Assembly (NCBI GenBank): GCA_965662745.1
Contig: CBFIJK010000006.1
Location: 1,496 to 65,495 of the forward strand
DNA: 64,000 nucleotides
Source of the DNA: an uncultured Rhodobacteraceae bacterium
GTDB lineage: Bacteria; Pseudomonadota; Alphaproteobacteria; Rhodobacterales; Rhodobacteraceae
Direction: 5' to 3'
Of the stretch, positions 38,578 through 48,374 are shown one piece after another. Within the stretch, counting starts at the first letter, position 1. Each line of letters starts with the position of its first letter. Under the pieces are notes generated by a model that did not search any database, was not told the origin of the DNA, and saw only the letters and a list, made by a program, of their open reading frames with translations. Position numbers and translations under genes: made by a program.

Positions 38578-39588
38578 CTACCCTTCGAATGTCGGCAAGA
38601 TCTCATCCGCCAGAAGCCGCGTGAGCGCGCCAAAATGGCCCTCGCTCTCGCCTGCCGCTTGCCCTGCATCCGAGGTCGCAACGACCGTCACGCGCAGCGA
38701 TGGAACGACCCAGATCATCTGGCCTCCATAGCCGCGGGCATAGCGTGTGTCATGGCCCGCAGGCTGGAAGGCATACCAGCCATAGCCGTATTCATGTCCC
38801 GATTCCGGGCTGCGGGTGCGCGGGATCCAGCTTTGGGTGACCCAGTCCGTCGGGATCACCTGCGTCACCCCATATAGCCCGCCCTGCCTGTAGGTCTCAC
38901 CCACGCGCAAGAGCGCTTCGGGCGACAGCCGCATATCATTGCCACCAAGGTAGCGCCCTTGCGGATCCTGCGTCCAGGCAGGGATCTCGATCTCCAGCGG
39001 CTGACCCAGCCGCTCCCGCGCCAGGGTCAACAGATCGCTTTCTGTCACCTGCCCCAGCACCGCGCCCAGCATATGGTAGCTCGCCGTCGAATACAGCATC
39101 TCCGTCCCCGGATCGGCGATCATCGGCTCGGACAGCGCGTCATAAATCCAGTGCGTGCCTTCGACCCAATCGCCATAAGCGGAGCCCGACAGGCGCGTCA
39201 GGCCAGAGCGCATCGTCAGAAGATCGCCAACCGTAATGTCACGCACGCGTGGATCAGCGCGGCGGGGGACCCAGCGCCCGATCAGGGGCGCGATGGGTTG
39301 GTCGACGCCCGTCAACTCTCCACGATCTATGGAAATGCCCACAAGCGCAGAGATCAGCGATTTCGAGACTGACTTAATATTGACCGGCACATCAATGGCC
39401 GGCCCCCGAAAGCGCACCGCTTCCAGTACGTCGCCGCCCTGCGCGATGGTCAGCGACCAAAGCTGGTCCATGCCCTCGGCGGACTTCAGCGCGGCGCTGA
39501 AATCGAGCGCATCGGCCGCGCGCAATGCAGGCGCACACAAAGACGCGCCCAGACCGGCCAGAATCGTTCTGCGGGACAGTTGGATCAT
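38578..39588 (-). CDS. serine hydrolase (beta-lactamase / PBP class C-like family), Tat-type signal
   Basis: It has RRTILAGLGASLCAPALRA, the SxxK motif (SVSKSL) and a YST/YGGQ pattern. Confidence 0.75.
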   Translation of the reverse strand: MIQLSRRTILAGLGASLCAPALRAADALDFSAALKSAEGMDQLWSLTIAQGGDVLEAVRFRGPAIDVPVNIKSVSKSLISALVGISIDRGELTGVDQPIAPLIGRWVPRRADPRVRDITVGDLLTMRSGLTRLSGSAYGDWVEGTHWIYDALSEPMIADPGTEMLYSTASYHMLGAVLGQVTESDLLTLARERLGQPLEIEIPAWTQDPQGRYLGGNDMRLSPEALLRVGETYRQGGLYGVTQVIPTDWVTQSWIPRTRSPESGHEYGYGWYAFQPAGHDTRYARGYGGQMIWVVPSLRVTVVATSDAGQAAGESEGHFGALTRLLADEILPTFEG

Positions 39589-39639
39589 AGGGCGAACCCT
39601 AAGCGCGGCCCGCCCCTGATAGCGATCAGAAATCCGCGA

Positions 39640-40428
39640 TCACAGGTTTTCCGGCTGCGGCATGCCCAGCACATGATACCCGCCATCGACATGGATGATC
39701 TCGCCCGAGGTGCAGGCGCCGTAATCCGAGGCCAGATAAACCGCCGTGCCGCCGACCGCATCCAGTGTCGCATTGGCGCGCAGGGGGGCGTTCAGATCGG
39801 TGTGCTTGAACGTCTTGCGCGCCCCGCCGATGGCCGCGCCAGCAAGCGTTTTCATCGGGCCGGGCGAGATGGCGTTCACGCGGATCTTCTCGGGGCCCAG
39901 ATCGTTGGCCAGATACTGCACCGCCGATTCCAGCGCCGCCTTGGCCACGCCCATCACGTTGTAATAGGGCGTCACCTTGTTCGAGCCTTGGTAGGTCATC
40001 GTCAGGATCGTGCCGCCATTCGTCATCAGCGGCCGCGCGCGGCGCGCCACATCAATCAGCGAGAAGCACGAGATCGTCATGGAGTTCTTGAAATTCTCGC
40101 GCGTCGTGTTGATGAACCTGCCCGTCAGTTCGGCCTTGTCCGAAAACGCGATCGCATGGACCAGAAAATCCAGCTGGCCCCATTCCTGTTTCAGCGTCTC
40201 GAACGCCTCGTCCATCTTGGCGTCGTCCAGCACATCGCAATCGACGAGGATATTCGACCCAAGGCTTTCCGCCAGCGGCTCTACCCGTTTGCCAAAGGCC
40301 TCGCCCTGGTAGGTGAAAGCCAGCTCTGCCCCCTCGGCGGCCATGGCCTTGGCGATGCCCCACGCGATAGAGCGGTCATTCGCGACGCCCATGATCAGGC
40401 CCCGCTTGCCCTTCATCAGATCCGCCAT
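39640..40428 (-). CDS. fabI: enoyl-ACP reductase (NADH)
   Basis: Contains LMKGKRGLIMGVANDRSIAWGIAK...Y.vMGVAKAALE...NAISPGP. Confidence 0.93.
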   Translation of the reverse strand: MADLMKGKRGLIMGVANDRSIAWGIAKAMAAEGAELAFTYQGEAFGKRVEPLAESLGSNILVDCDVLDDAKMDEAFETLKQEWGQLDFLVHAIAFSDKAELTGRFINTTRENFKNSMTISCFSLIDVARRARPLMTNGGTILTMTYQGSNKVTPYYNVMGVAKAALESAVQYLANDLGPEKIRVNAISPGPMKTLAGAAIGGARKTFKHTDLNAPLRANATLDAVGGTAVYLASDYGACTSGEIIHVDGGYHVLGMPQPENL

Positions 40429-40432
40429 GGCC

Positions 40433-41662
40433 CTAACCCCCTACCTTGCTCAGAAGCATCGACCCGTTGGTGCCGCCAAAGCCGAAGCTGTTGGTCATCA
40501 CCGTGTCGAGGCCTGCGCCGGTCACCGTTTTCGTCGCGATCTCGGATGGGTCAAGCGCCGGGTCCAGCGTTTTCACGTTGATAGATGGCGCGATGAAATC
40601 GTCCTTCAGCATCAAAAGGCAGAAGATCGCCTCTAGCGCGCCAGCCGCACCTTGCGCGTGGCCGGTCATCGATTTGGTCGAGCTGATCAGCGGCGTGCTG
40701 CCCTGTCCGAAGACCCGGCGCACCGCTTCGACCTCGCCGACATCGCCCACGGGCGTCGAGGTGCCGTGCGCGTTGATGTAGCTGACCTTGTGTCCTTCGG
40801 GCAGCGTCTTCAGCGCCAGCCGCATCGCGCGCTCGCCGCCTTCGCCTGAAGGCGCGACCATGTCGTGCCCGTCAGATGTCGCGCCAAAGCCAGTGACCTC
40901 GGCATAGATCGTCGCGCCGCGCGCTTTCGCGCGCTCCATGTCCTCAAGAACGACCATGCCGCCGCCGCCCGAGATCACGAACCCGTCGCGATCCGCGTCG
41001 AAGGCGCGGCTTGCTTCGGCGGGCGACTCGTTGAACTTCGACGACATCGCACCCATCGCGTCGAAGAGACAGGAGAGCGTCCAGTCGAGTTCCTCTCCGC
41101 CGCCCGCGAACATCACGTCCTGCTGGCCCAGCATGATCTGCTGCGCCGCCATGCCGATGCAATGCAGCGAGGTTGAACAGGCCGAGGTGATCGAGAAATT
41201 CACGCCCTTGATCTTGTAGGCGGTCGACAGGTTCGCCGAGACGGTGGACGACATGCATTTCGGTACCGCGAAGGGACCGATGCGCTTGGGGCTGCCCTTT
41301 TCCAGAACAGTCTGATGCGCGGCCAGCATGGCGCTGGTCGACGGCCCGCCGGAACCTGCGATCAGGCCGGTATGGGGGTTCGACACTTCATCTCCGCTCA
41401 GCCCCGCATCTGCGATGGCCTGCTGCATGGCGATATAAGCATAGGCCGCACCCGGCCCCATGAAGCGCAGAAGGCGCTTGTCGATCTGTTCAGCGACATC
41501 GATGTCGATCGCGCCTTTGACCTGGCTGCGAAAGCCTTTCTCGATGTAATCCTCGGCCCGGACGATGCCGGACTTGCCCGATTTCAAAGAGGCGGTGACC
41601 TCTTCGGCGGAATTCCCGATGGACGAAACGATGCCCAATCCGGTGACGGCGACGCGGCGCAT
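40433..41662 (-). CDS. fabB: beta-ketoacyl-ACP synthase I
   Basis: A 409-aa KAS I/II-fold protein (SACSTS, NAHGTSTP, GHAQGAAG), adjacent to fabA. Confidence 0.88.
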   Translation of the reverse strand: MRRVAVTGLGIVSSIGNSAEEVTASLKSGKSGIVRAEDYIEKGFRSQVKGAIDIDVAEQIDKRLLRFMGPGAAYAYIAMQQAIADAGLSGDEVSNPHTGLIAGSGGPSTSAMLAAHQTVLEKGSPKRIGPFAVPKCMSSTVSANLSTAYKIKGVNFSITSACSTSLHCIGMAAQQIMLGQQDVMFAGGGEELDWTLSCLFDAMGAMSSKFNESPAEASRAFDADRDGFVISGGGGMVVLEDMERAKARGATIYAEVTGFGATSDGHDMVAPSGEGGERAMRLALKTLPEGHKVSYINAHGTSTPVGDVGEVEAVRRVFGQGSTPLISSTKSMTGHAQGAAGALEAIFCLLMLKDDFIAPSINVKTLDPALDPSEIATKTVTGAGLDTVMTNSFGFGGTNGSMLLSKVGG

Positions 41663-41686
41663 GGGGTGTCTCCTTGTCGCGTTGGA

Positions 41687-42196
41687 TCAGCTCTCGGAGA
41701 GAGCGACTTTCATATCTTTCACTTGATAGATGACTTCGCCGTCCGCTTCCACTCGGCCATCAGCGACGCCCATGGTCAGGCGGCGGGTTTGCACGGCCTT
41801 GGTGAAGTCGACGTAATAGGTCAGCATCTTGCGGTCGGGACGGACCATCCCTGTCAGCTTCACCTCGCCGACGCCCAGCGCATAGCCGCGTCCCTGCCAG
41901 CCGCGCCAGCCAAGGTTGAAGCCGGTCAGTTGCCACAGGCCGTCAAGGCCAAGACAGCCGGGCATGATCGGATTGCCGGGGAAATGGCACTCGAAGAACC
42001 ACAGATCCGGCGTGATATCGAACTCGGCAACGACATGGCCCTTGCCGTTCGGCCCGCCATCGCCCGAAATATCGGTGATGCGGTCCATCATCAGCATGGG
42101 CGGCTCTGGAAGTTGCGCATTGCCGGGGCCGAACAGCTCTCCGCGTGCGCATTTGAGTAGGTCTTCCTTGCCGAAGCTCGTTGGATATCCTGCCAT
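41687..42196 (-). CDS. fabA: 3-hydroxydecanoyl-ACP dehydratase/isomerase
   Basis: Contains [22 protein letters not shown]...[24 protein letters not shown]. Confidence 0.95.
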   Translation of the reverse strand: MAGYPTSFGKEDLLKCARGELFGPGNAQLPEPPMLMMDRITDISGDGGPNGKGHVVAEFDITPDLWFFECHFPGNPIMPGCLGLDGLWQLTGFNLGWRGWQGRGYALGVGEVKLTGMVRPDRKMLTYYVDFTKAVQTRRLTMGVADGRVEADGEVIYQVKDMKVALSES

Positions 42197-42376
42197 GTGA
42201 CGCTCTCCTCCCGCCGGGGCCCGTCTTGGACGTTGTTTCGCGTTCCGCCGGGTCTAACACCGGCCATCGAAGACTGGCAATACGCATCGGGCGTCAGGCG
42301 GCCCGTCGCGCAAGACCTGCTTTTTGTTTGAAAAGTGCAGGCTTCGCTGCCTATATACTAAGCGGCTAACCCGGCA

Positions 42377-42808
42377 ATGGACAAGATGACACCAACCGAG
42401 CAACAGATCGAACGCGGAACCGAATGGCTTGCAAAGGCAGACCTGCGGCCGACCCGGCAGCGGGTGGCGCTTGCGGCGCTTCTGGTGGGGGATGGGCATA
42501 ATCGTCATGTCACCGCCGAAAGCCTGTTCGCGGCTACGTCGAATGTCGGGGAAAAGGTGTCGCTGGCCACCGTCTACAACACTCTGCGCGCGTTCTGCGA
42601 CGCGGGGCTGATGCAGGAAGTCACGGTCGACGGGAACAAATCCTACTTCGACACGCGCATGGACGATCACCCGCATTTCTACTGGGAAGACGAGGGTCGC
42701 CTGTCGGACGCCCCGGCAGACCAGCTTGAACTGGCGCGCGTGCCGGAAGCGCCCGAAGGCACCGAGATCGCGAAGATCGACGTTGTGATCCGCCTCAAGC
42801 GGCGGTGA
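42377..42808 (+). CDS. irr: Fur-family regulator, probably iron response regulator Irr
   Basis: It has a Fur-family winged helix (RPTRQRVALAALL...ATVYNTLRAF) and an HPH motif. It is divergent from fabA, as is typical for alphaproteobacterial irr. Confidence 0.65.
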   Translation: MDKMTPTEQQIERGTEWLAKADLRPTRQRVALAALLVGDGHNRHVTAESLFAATSNVGEKVSLATVYNTLRAFCDAGLMQEVTVDGNKSYFDTRMDDHPHFYWEDEGRLSDAPADQLELARVPEAPEGTEIAKIDVVIRLKRR

Positions 42809-42811
42809 ACG

Positions 42812-43240
42812 TCAAACGATCTCGACAAGCTCTACGTCAAAGACAAGATCCTTGCCCGCAAGCGGGTGGTTCGCGTCGATGGTGATGGTTTCGTCGCTGA
42901 CATCCGAAATCACGACCGGGATGGCCTGACCTTCGGGCGATTGCAGCTGTAGTTGCGTGCCGACCTCTGCCGGAATTTCATCGGGAAGCTGATCGCGCGG
43001 AACGGTCTGGGCGCGGTCGGCATCATGCGCGCCATAGGCCTCTTCCGCCGGGATCTCGACCTTCTTGGTATCGCCGGGCGTCATGCCGGGCATCGCCTTG
43101 TCGAGACCGGGGATGATCTGGCCCGAGCCGACCGTGAATTCGAGGGGTTCGCGGCCCGCGCTGGAATCGAACGTGGTGCCGTCCGTCAGGGTGCCGGTGT
43201 AGTGAAGGCGAATGGTGTCGCCGGTCTTGACCTCTGCCAT
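42812..43240 (-). CDS. FKBP-type peptidyl-prolyl cis-trans isomerase (SlyD-like)
   Basis: Contains VKTGDTIRLHYTGTLTDGTTFDSS...EFTVGSGQIIPGLDKAM...NHPLAGKDLVFDVELVEI. Confidence 0.88.
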   Translation of the reverse strand: MAEVKTGDTIRLHYTGTLTDGTTFDSSAGREPLEFTVGSGQIIPGLDKAMPGMTPGDTKKVEIPAEEAYGAHDADRAQTVPRDQLPDEIPAEVGTQLQLQSPEGQAIPVVISDVSDETITIDANHPLAGKDLVFDVELVEIV

Positions 43241-43436
43241 GAAGTTTCCTTGTGGGTAATCTGTGGGGGGTGAATTGGGGGGGCGGGCCATTCTGCGGCC
43301 GTCCCGCGCGGGGTGCGAGCCCAAGGTAAGGTCGCTGCCGCGATTGTAAACCCTGCCGTCCGAAAGGCCCGAGGAAACGGCTTTTCCTTGCGGCAACGCT
43401 CTGCCATCGTTCAGCGGAATGAAGGGGAGGATGGCA

Positions 43437-44123
43437 ATGCCGATCAAGGCCTGTGTCTTCGACGCCTATGGCACGTTGTTCGATGTCGCGGCGGCCGCGC
43501 GCGAGGCGGCGGAAGAGCCGGGGCGCGAAAGCTTTGCCGCCCACTGGCCGCAGATCGCGGCGGACTGGCGGACCAAGCAGTTGCAATACAGCTGGCTGCG
43601 CGCGGTCACGGGCGAATATTGCAGCTTTTGGCAGGTCACGCAGGATGGGCTCGACTGGGCGATGGAGCGTGCAGGCCTTGACGACCCCGAACTGCGTGAG
43701 CGGCTGTTGGCGCTCTATTTCGAGCTGTCGGCTTACCCAGAGGTGCCGCAGATGCTGGCCGATCTTGCGAAGGCAGGATTCAAGTCCGCGATCCTCAGCA
43801 ATGGCTCTCCGGATATGCTGGAAGGCGCGGTCGACAGCGCGATGATCGGCGACTGGCTGAGCGATGTGATCTCGGTCGAGGATGTCGGAATATTCAAACC
43901 CGCCGCCGCAGTTTACCAGCTTGTGCCGGACAAGATGGGCGTCGATGTCGAAGAAGTGCTGTTCGTCTCGTCGAATGGCTGGGACGCCGCCTGCGCCAAG
44001 GGCTTTGGGTTTCGCACAGCCTGGGTCAATCGCGCGGGCGATCCGCTTGACCGTTTGCCCGCCGCGCCCGACGAGATCCTTGCCGACCTGACCCCTATTC
44101 CTGAACTCGCAAAGAGGTTCTGA
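43437..44123 (+). CDS. haloacid dehalogenase type II (HAD superfamily)
   Basis: Contains FDAYGTLFDV...QLQYSWLR...SNG...FKP...SSNGWD. GGAGG lies 6 nt upstream of the ATG at 43437. Confidence 0.8.
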   Translation: MPIKACVFDAYGTLFDVAAAAREAAEEPGRESFAAHWPQIAADWRTKQLQYSWLRAVTGEYCSFWQVTQDGLDWAMERAGLDDPELRERLLALYFELSAYPEVPQMLADLAKAGFKSAILSNGSPDMLEGAVDSAMIGDWLSDVISVEDVGIFKPAAAVYQLVPDKMGVDVEEVLFVSSNGWDAACAKGFGFRTAWVNRAGDPLDRLPAAPDEILADLTPIPELAKRF

Positions 44124-44944
44124 TGCCCGAATACCAAAGCGCCGATGGCGTGAGCCTGCATTATCTCGATGAGGGCGAGGGCCTGCCGGTTCTTTGCCTT
44201 GCGGGCCTGACGCGCGATGCGCGCGACTTCGATTATCTTTCGAAGCATCTGAAAGGCGTGCGCCTGATCCGCCCCGATTATCGCGGGCGCGGCAAGTCGG
44301 GCTGGTCGGGTGCGGACACCTATACCGTGCCGGTCGAGGCCAATGATATCTTGGCGCTGATGGACACGCTGAAGCTGGACAAGGCCGCCGTGATCGGCAC
44401 CTCGCGCGGCGGTCTGATCGCGATGATGCTGGGGCATCTGGCAAAGGACCGGCTGATGGGCGTATGCCTCAACGATATCGGCCCAGCGATCGAGATGGCA
44501 GGGCTGGAGCGAATCAAGGATTATGTCGGGCGCGCCCCGAACGCCAAGACCCACGCAGCACTGGCAGAGGTTCTGCCCAAGGCCTACCCCGAATTCAGCA
44601 ACATGCCCGAGGGCCGTTGGCTGGAAGAGGCCCAGCGCCACACGGTCGAGACGGCAGACAGTCTGAGCCTGACATATGATCCGGCCTTGCGTGATGCATT
44701 CCTCGCCGCCTTCGAGGGGCCGGCGCAGACGGTCTGGCCGCTATTCGACGCGCTGGACGGCCTGCCACTCGCCCTGATCCGGGGCGCAGAGTCGGACCTT
44801 CTTTCGCCCGAAACCGTCGCCAAGATGCAGCGCCGCCGTCCCGACATGATCTTCGCCGAGGTGCCGGGACGCGGGCATATCCCGTTCCTTGATGAACCCG
44901 AAAGCCTGGAAGCGATCCACGCCTGGCTGGAGATTCTGCGGTGA
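44123..44944 (+). CDS. alpha/beta-fold hydrolase
   Basis: It has a GTSRGG nucleophile elbow and a C-terminal GHIPFLDEP. Its start overlaps the upstream stop. Confidence 0.7.
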   Translation: MPEYQSADGVSLHYLDEGEGLPVLCLAGLTRDARDFDYLSKHLKGVRLIRPDYRGRGKSGWSGADTYTVPVEANDILALMDTLKLDKAAVIGTSRGGLIAMMLGHLAKDRLMGVCLNDIGPAIEMAGLERIKDYVGRAPNAKTHAALAEVLPKAYPEFSNMPEGRWLEEAQRHTVETADSLSLTYDPALRDAFLAAFEGPAQTVWPLFDALDGLPLALIRGAESDLLSPETVAKMQRRRPDMIFAEVPGRGHIPFLDEPESLEAIHAWLEILR

Positions 44945-45921
44945 ATATCGACATGATCGACGCGGCGGCGGACCGGCTTGCGGGCAAGGCGCTGCGCACG
45001 CCGCTCTTGTCATCGCCCTATCTTGACGAGATCGCCGGGCGGCGCGTGCTGGTCAAACCCGAATGCCTGCAACTCACCGGCAGCTTCAAGTTTCGGGGCG
45101 CGTGGTCCGCGATTTCGGCGCTGGATGCAGATGTTCGGGAAAAGGGTGTTCTCGCGTTTTCGTCGGGCAACCATGCGCAGGGCGTTGCCTTTGCCGCGCG
45201 CGAGCATGGTATCCCGGCAGTGATCGTGATGCCGTCCGACGCCCCTGCCCTGAAGATCGCCAACACCCGCGCGCTCGGCGGCGATGTGGTTCTCTATGAC
45301 CGCGAGACCGAAAGCCGCGAAGAGATCGGCACGGCGCTGGCGGCAGAGCGTGGGTTGCACCTGATCCGCCCCTATGACGACCCGTTCGTGATCGCCGGCC
45401 AAGGCACCTGCGGGCTGGAAATCGCGGCACAGGCAGCAGAGCTTGGCGTGCGTGAGGCGGATGTTCTTGTCTGTTGCGGCGGCGGCGGGCTGACCTCGGG
45501 CATCGCGCTTGCCTTGGCAGATCGCGCGCCGGGGCTAACGGCGCGGCCCGTGGAACCTGTGGGTTTCGACGATGTCGCCCGGTCGCTGGTCTCGGGCCAG
45601 ATTGAACAGAACGCACATAGGAGCGGGTCGATCTGCGATGCGATCGTGACGCCCTCGCCCGGAGAATTGACCTTTCCCATCATGCGGGCCCATTGCGGCC
45701 CCGGCATCGCCGTGTCCGACGAAGACGCCCTGCGCGCGGTCGCCGCCGCCTTCCTGCGGCTCAAGATCGTCGCCGAACCCGGGGGCGCTGTGGCGCTCGC
45801 CGCGGCCCTCTATCAGCCCGAAGCGTCAAGCGGCGATACGGTCATCGCGATGGTCTCGGGCGGGAATGTGGACCCGGCAGTGTTCCGCCATGCTGTGGAT
45901 AATCATGGGGGTGAAACATGA
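44941..45921 (+). CDS. PLP-dependent threonine/serine dehydratase-family enzyme
   Basis: It has QLTGSFKFRGA (the PLP lysine), SSGNHAQG and GGGGL. The GTG start overlaps the upstream stop. Confidence 0.8.
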   Translation: MNIDMIDAAADRLAGKALRTPLLSSPYLDEIAGRRVLVKPECLQLTGSFKFRGAWSAISALDADVREKGVLAFSSGNHAQGVAFAAREHGIPAVIVMPSDAPALKIANTRALGGDVVLYDRETESREEIGTALAAERGLHLIRPYDDPFVIAGQGTCGLEIAAQAAELGVREADVLVCCGGGGLTSGIALALADRAPGLTARPVEPVGFDDVARSLVSGQIEQNAHRSGSICDAIVTPSPGELTFPIMRAHCGPGIAVSDEDALRAVAAAFLRLKIVAEPGGAVALAAALYQPEASSGDTVIAMVSGGNVDPAVFRHAVDNHGGET

Positions 45922-47117
45922 CGACTTTCACGATCGCAACATTCAACGTGAAAAACCTTATCGGCCCGGACGCAGAATACTACCGCTTCGAACAATACAC
46001 CCCCGAGGAACACGCCTGGAAAGAGGATTGGCTGGCCGATCAGCTCTTGTCGCTGAATGCCGATATCGTCTGCTTTCAAGAGATTTTCGACGAGGCTGCC
46101 CTGCGCGCCGTGATTGAAGAGACCGACCGCCGGGGCGCCGATCTAAACGCGTCGGCTTTGCCCGACAAGTCCAAGAGATACCACAAGAAAGCGATCTTTC
46201 GCCGCCTTGCCTACAGCGATTACGACGGTGCCGCGATGGCCTTTGCGCCCAATGTCTCGGATGGCGAACCGGGGCAGCGACGCCCCGGCCTTGCCACCCT
46301 GTCGCGCAACGGGTTTGCCGAGCCGCCCGAGATCATCCAGCAGTTGGAAGAACCGCTCGATATCCCCTTTCAAGATCTCACCGGCGATGATGCGGGCAGC
46401 TACCGGATCACGCGGCTGTCACGCCCGATCCTGAAGGCAAAAATCCCTGTGGATAATTCCACCGTGACCGTCTTCAACTGCCACCTGAAATCCAAACTGG
46501 GCGAATTCGACCGCCCCGAAGGCGCGGCCTTTGCGCCCGCCGCCGACCTTCTGAATTATGACCCGGCTGCCCGCGCGCTGGGGTCTCTGCGCGCCGGATT
46601 GCGCCGCATGGCAGAGGCCTGGGTGCTTCGCAAATTGGTGCTGGACGCGCTGAATGCCGGAGAGCCTGTGATGGTCCTTGGCGATCTCAACGACGGCGAA
46701 CACGCTGTGTCGACCGAGATCATCACCGGCGAGACGCCGTTCCGCAACTACGCCTGGATGCGCCGCCACGACGCGACATCGCGCGATGACCGTTATTCCA
46801 AGGACGAGGCACGCCGTATCCGCGAAGACGTGGAACGCGTGCGCCTGCATTCCGCCGAAAAGCTTTTCGTGCGCAAATCCCTGCGCGACATGGTTTACAC
46901 TGCCGCCTTCGGCGGTGTGTTCGAATCCATCGACCAGATTTTGATGTCGCGGCATTTTCACCCCGATTTCGACGGGCGAATCGGCGAGATGGAATATTTC
47001 TCGGTTCTCAACGATCACCTGACCGACGGCAGCCACCCCGAGGCGCCGTATAACAAGCTCGCTTCGGACCACGGGCAGATCATGGCGCACATCCGGATGG
47101 GCAAGGCCGAGGATTGA
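45918..47117 (+). CDS. endonuclease/exonuclease/phosphatase (EEP) family protein
   Basis: Contains IATFNVKNL...DIVCFQEI...NCHLKSK...LGDLND...SDHGQIMA. The start shows an ATGA overlap. Confidence 0.75.
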   Translation: MTTFTIATFNVKNLIGPDAEYYRFEQYTPEEHAWKEDWLADQLLSLNADIVCFQEIFDEAALRAVIEETDRRGADLNASALPDKSKRYHKKAIFRRLAYSDYDGAAMAFAPNVSDGEPGQRRPGLATLSRNGFAEPPEIIQQLEEPLDIPFQDLTGDDAGSYRITRLSRPILKAKIPVDNSTVTVFNCHLKSKLGEFDRPEGAAFAPAADLLNYDPAARALGSLRAGLRRMAEAWVLRKLVLDALNAGEPVMVLGDLNDGEHAVSTEIITGETPFRNYAWMRRHDATSRDDRYSKDEARRIREDVERVRLHSAEKLFVRKSLRDMVYTAAFGGVFESIDQILMSRHFHPDFDGRIGEMEYFSVLNDHLTDGSHPEAPYNKLASDHGQIMAHIRMGKAED

Positions 47118-47124
47118 CCCTTGA

Positions 47125-47143
47125 TAGTTGACAGTGACAACTA
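47125..47143. promoter_or_regulatory. 19-bp near-perfect palindrome (candidate operator) upstream of pobA
   Basis: TAGTTGACAGTGACAACTA has 8 of 9 symmetric pairs and lies 33 nt upstream of the pobA ATG. Confidence 0.4.
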
Positions 47144-47175
47144 GTTTGAGCCACAGTCGACACAGGGAGAATCCA

Positions 47176-48345
47176 ATGCGCACACAGGTCTGCATCATCG
47201 GCGGGGGACCCTCGGGTCTTTTGCTCAGCCAGCTTCTGCACAAGGCGGGGATCGACACGGTCGTTCTGGAACGCCGTACGCGCGACTACGTGCTCAGCCG
47301 CATCCGTGCGGGTGTTCTGGAATGGGGCTCTGTCGAGCTTTTGCGGGATGCCGGGATCGGTCCGCGGATCGACGCCGAGGGTTTTCCGCATACCGGCACT
47401 TATCTCGCGCTTCAGAACCGCGGCTTCCGCGTGGATTTCAAGGAAACCACCGGCAAGCAGGTTATGGTTTATGGCCAGACCGAGGTGACGCGTGATCTTT
47501 ACGCCGCGCGCGCTGCCATGGACGGCGTTGTCATCCATGAGGCCGAGGGCGTGACGCCCCGATCGCTAGACAGCGATGCGCCCTATGTGACCTACTCCAA
47601 GGACGGCACAGAGCACCGGATCGACTGCGATTTCGTCATCGGCTGCGATGGCTACCACGGTGTCTCGCGCCGTTCGATGCCCGCGAATGTGCTGAAGGAA
47701 TACGAACGGGTTTACCCGTTCGGCTGGCTCGGCATCCTGTCCGAGACCCCGCCCGTCGATCACGAACTGATCTACGCCAACCACAATCGCGGCTTCGCAC
47801 TCTGCTCCATGCGAAACGCCAACCTGTCGCGCTACTACGTCCAGGCTCCCGTTGATGACCCGCTCGAAAAGTGGACCGACGAAGCGTTCTGGGACGAGCT
47901 GAAGCGCCGCATCCCCGAAGAGGCCGCCGACCGTCTTGTCACCGGCCCATCCATCGAGAAATCCCTCGCGCCGCTGCGGTCCTACGTGGCGGAACCGATG
48001 CGCTGGGGCCGCCTGCTTCTGTGTGGGGATGCCGCGCATATCGTGCCGCCCACCGGCGCAAAGGGCCTGAACCTCGCCATTGGCGATGTGAAGTATGCCA
48101 GCGACGCGCTGATCGCGCATTTCAAGGATGGTGACGACAGCGGGCTCGATCAGTATTCCCAAAAGGCCCTCGCCCGCGTCTGGGGCGCGATCCGCTTCTC
48201 GTGGTGGTTCACCACGCTGATGCACCGCTTCCCGGAACAGTCCGATTTCGATCAGCGCATCCAGGAAACAGAGCTCGAGCAACTCGAAGCGTCCCTTGCT
48301 GCGCAGACGGTGATGTCCGAGAATTACGTCGGCCTGCCCTACTGA
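47176..48345 (+). CDS. pobA: 4-hydroxybenzoate 3-monooxygenase
   Basis: Contains MRTQVCIIGGGPSGLLLSQLLHKAGIDTVVLE...LCGDAAHIVPPTGAKGLNLA. Confidence 0.93.
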   Translation: MRTQVCIIGGGPSGLLLSQLLHKAGIDTVVLERRTRDYVLSRIRAGVLEWGSVELLRDAGIGPRIDAEGFPHTGTYLALQNRGFRVDFKETTGKQVMVYGQTEVTRDLYAARAAMDGVVIHEAEGVTPRSLDSDAPYVTYSKDGTEHRIDCDFVIGCDGYHGVSRRSMPANVLKEYERVYPFGWLGILSETPPVDHELIYANHNRGFALCSMRNANLSRYYVQAPVDDPLEKWTDEAFWDELKRRIPEEAADRLVTGPSIEKSLAPLRSYVAEPMRWGRLLLCGDAAHIVPPTGAKGLNLAIGDVKYASDALIAHFKDGDDSGLDQYSQKALARVWGAIRFSWWFTTLMHRFPEQSDFDQRIQETELEQLEASLAAQTVMSENYVGLPY

Positions 48346-48374
48346 CGCGGCGGGCACGATAGAGGAGAGACACC

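Noticed and set aside
42197-42376. A possible Irr/Fur box or fatty-acid regulator site in the fabA-irr divergent region, for example CTTTTTGTTTGAAAAG near 42320.
   Set aside because: It is only a short imperfect inverted repeat, and it does not match my recollection of the ICE consensus (TTTAGAA-N3-TTCTAAA). There is not enough evidence to call it.
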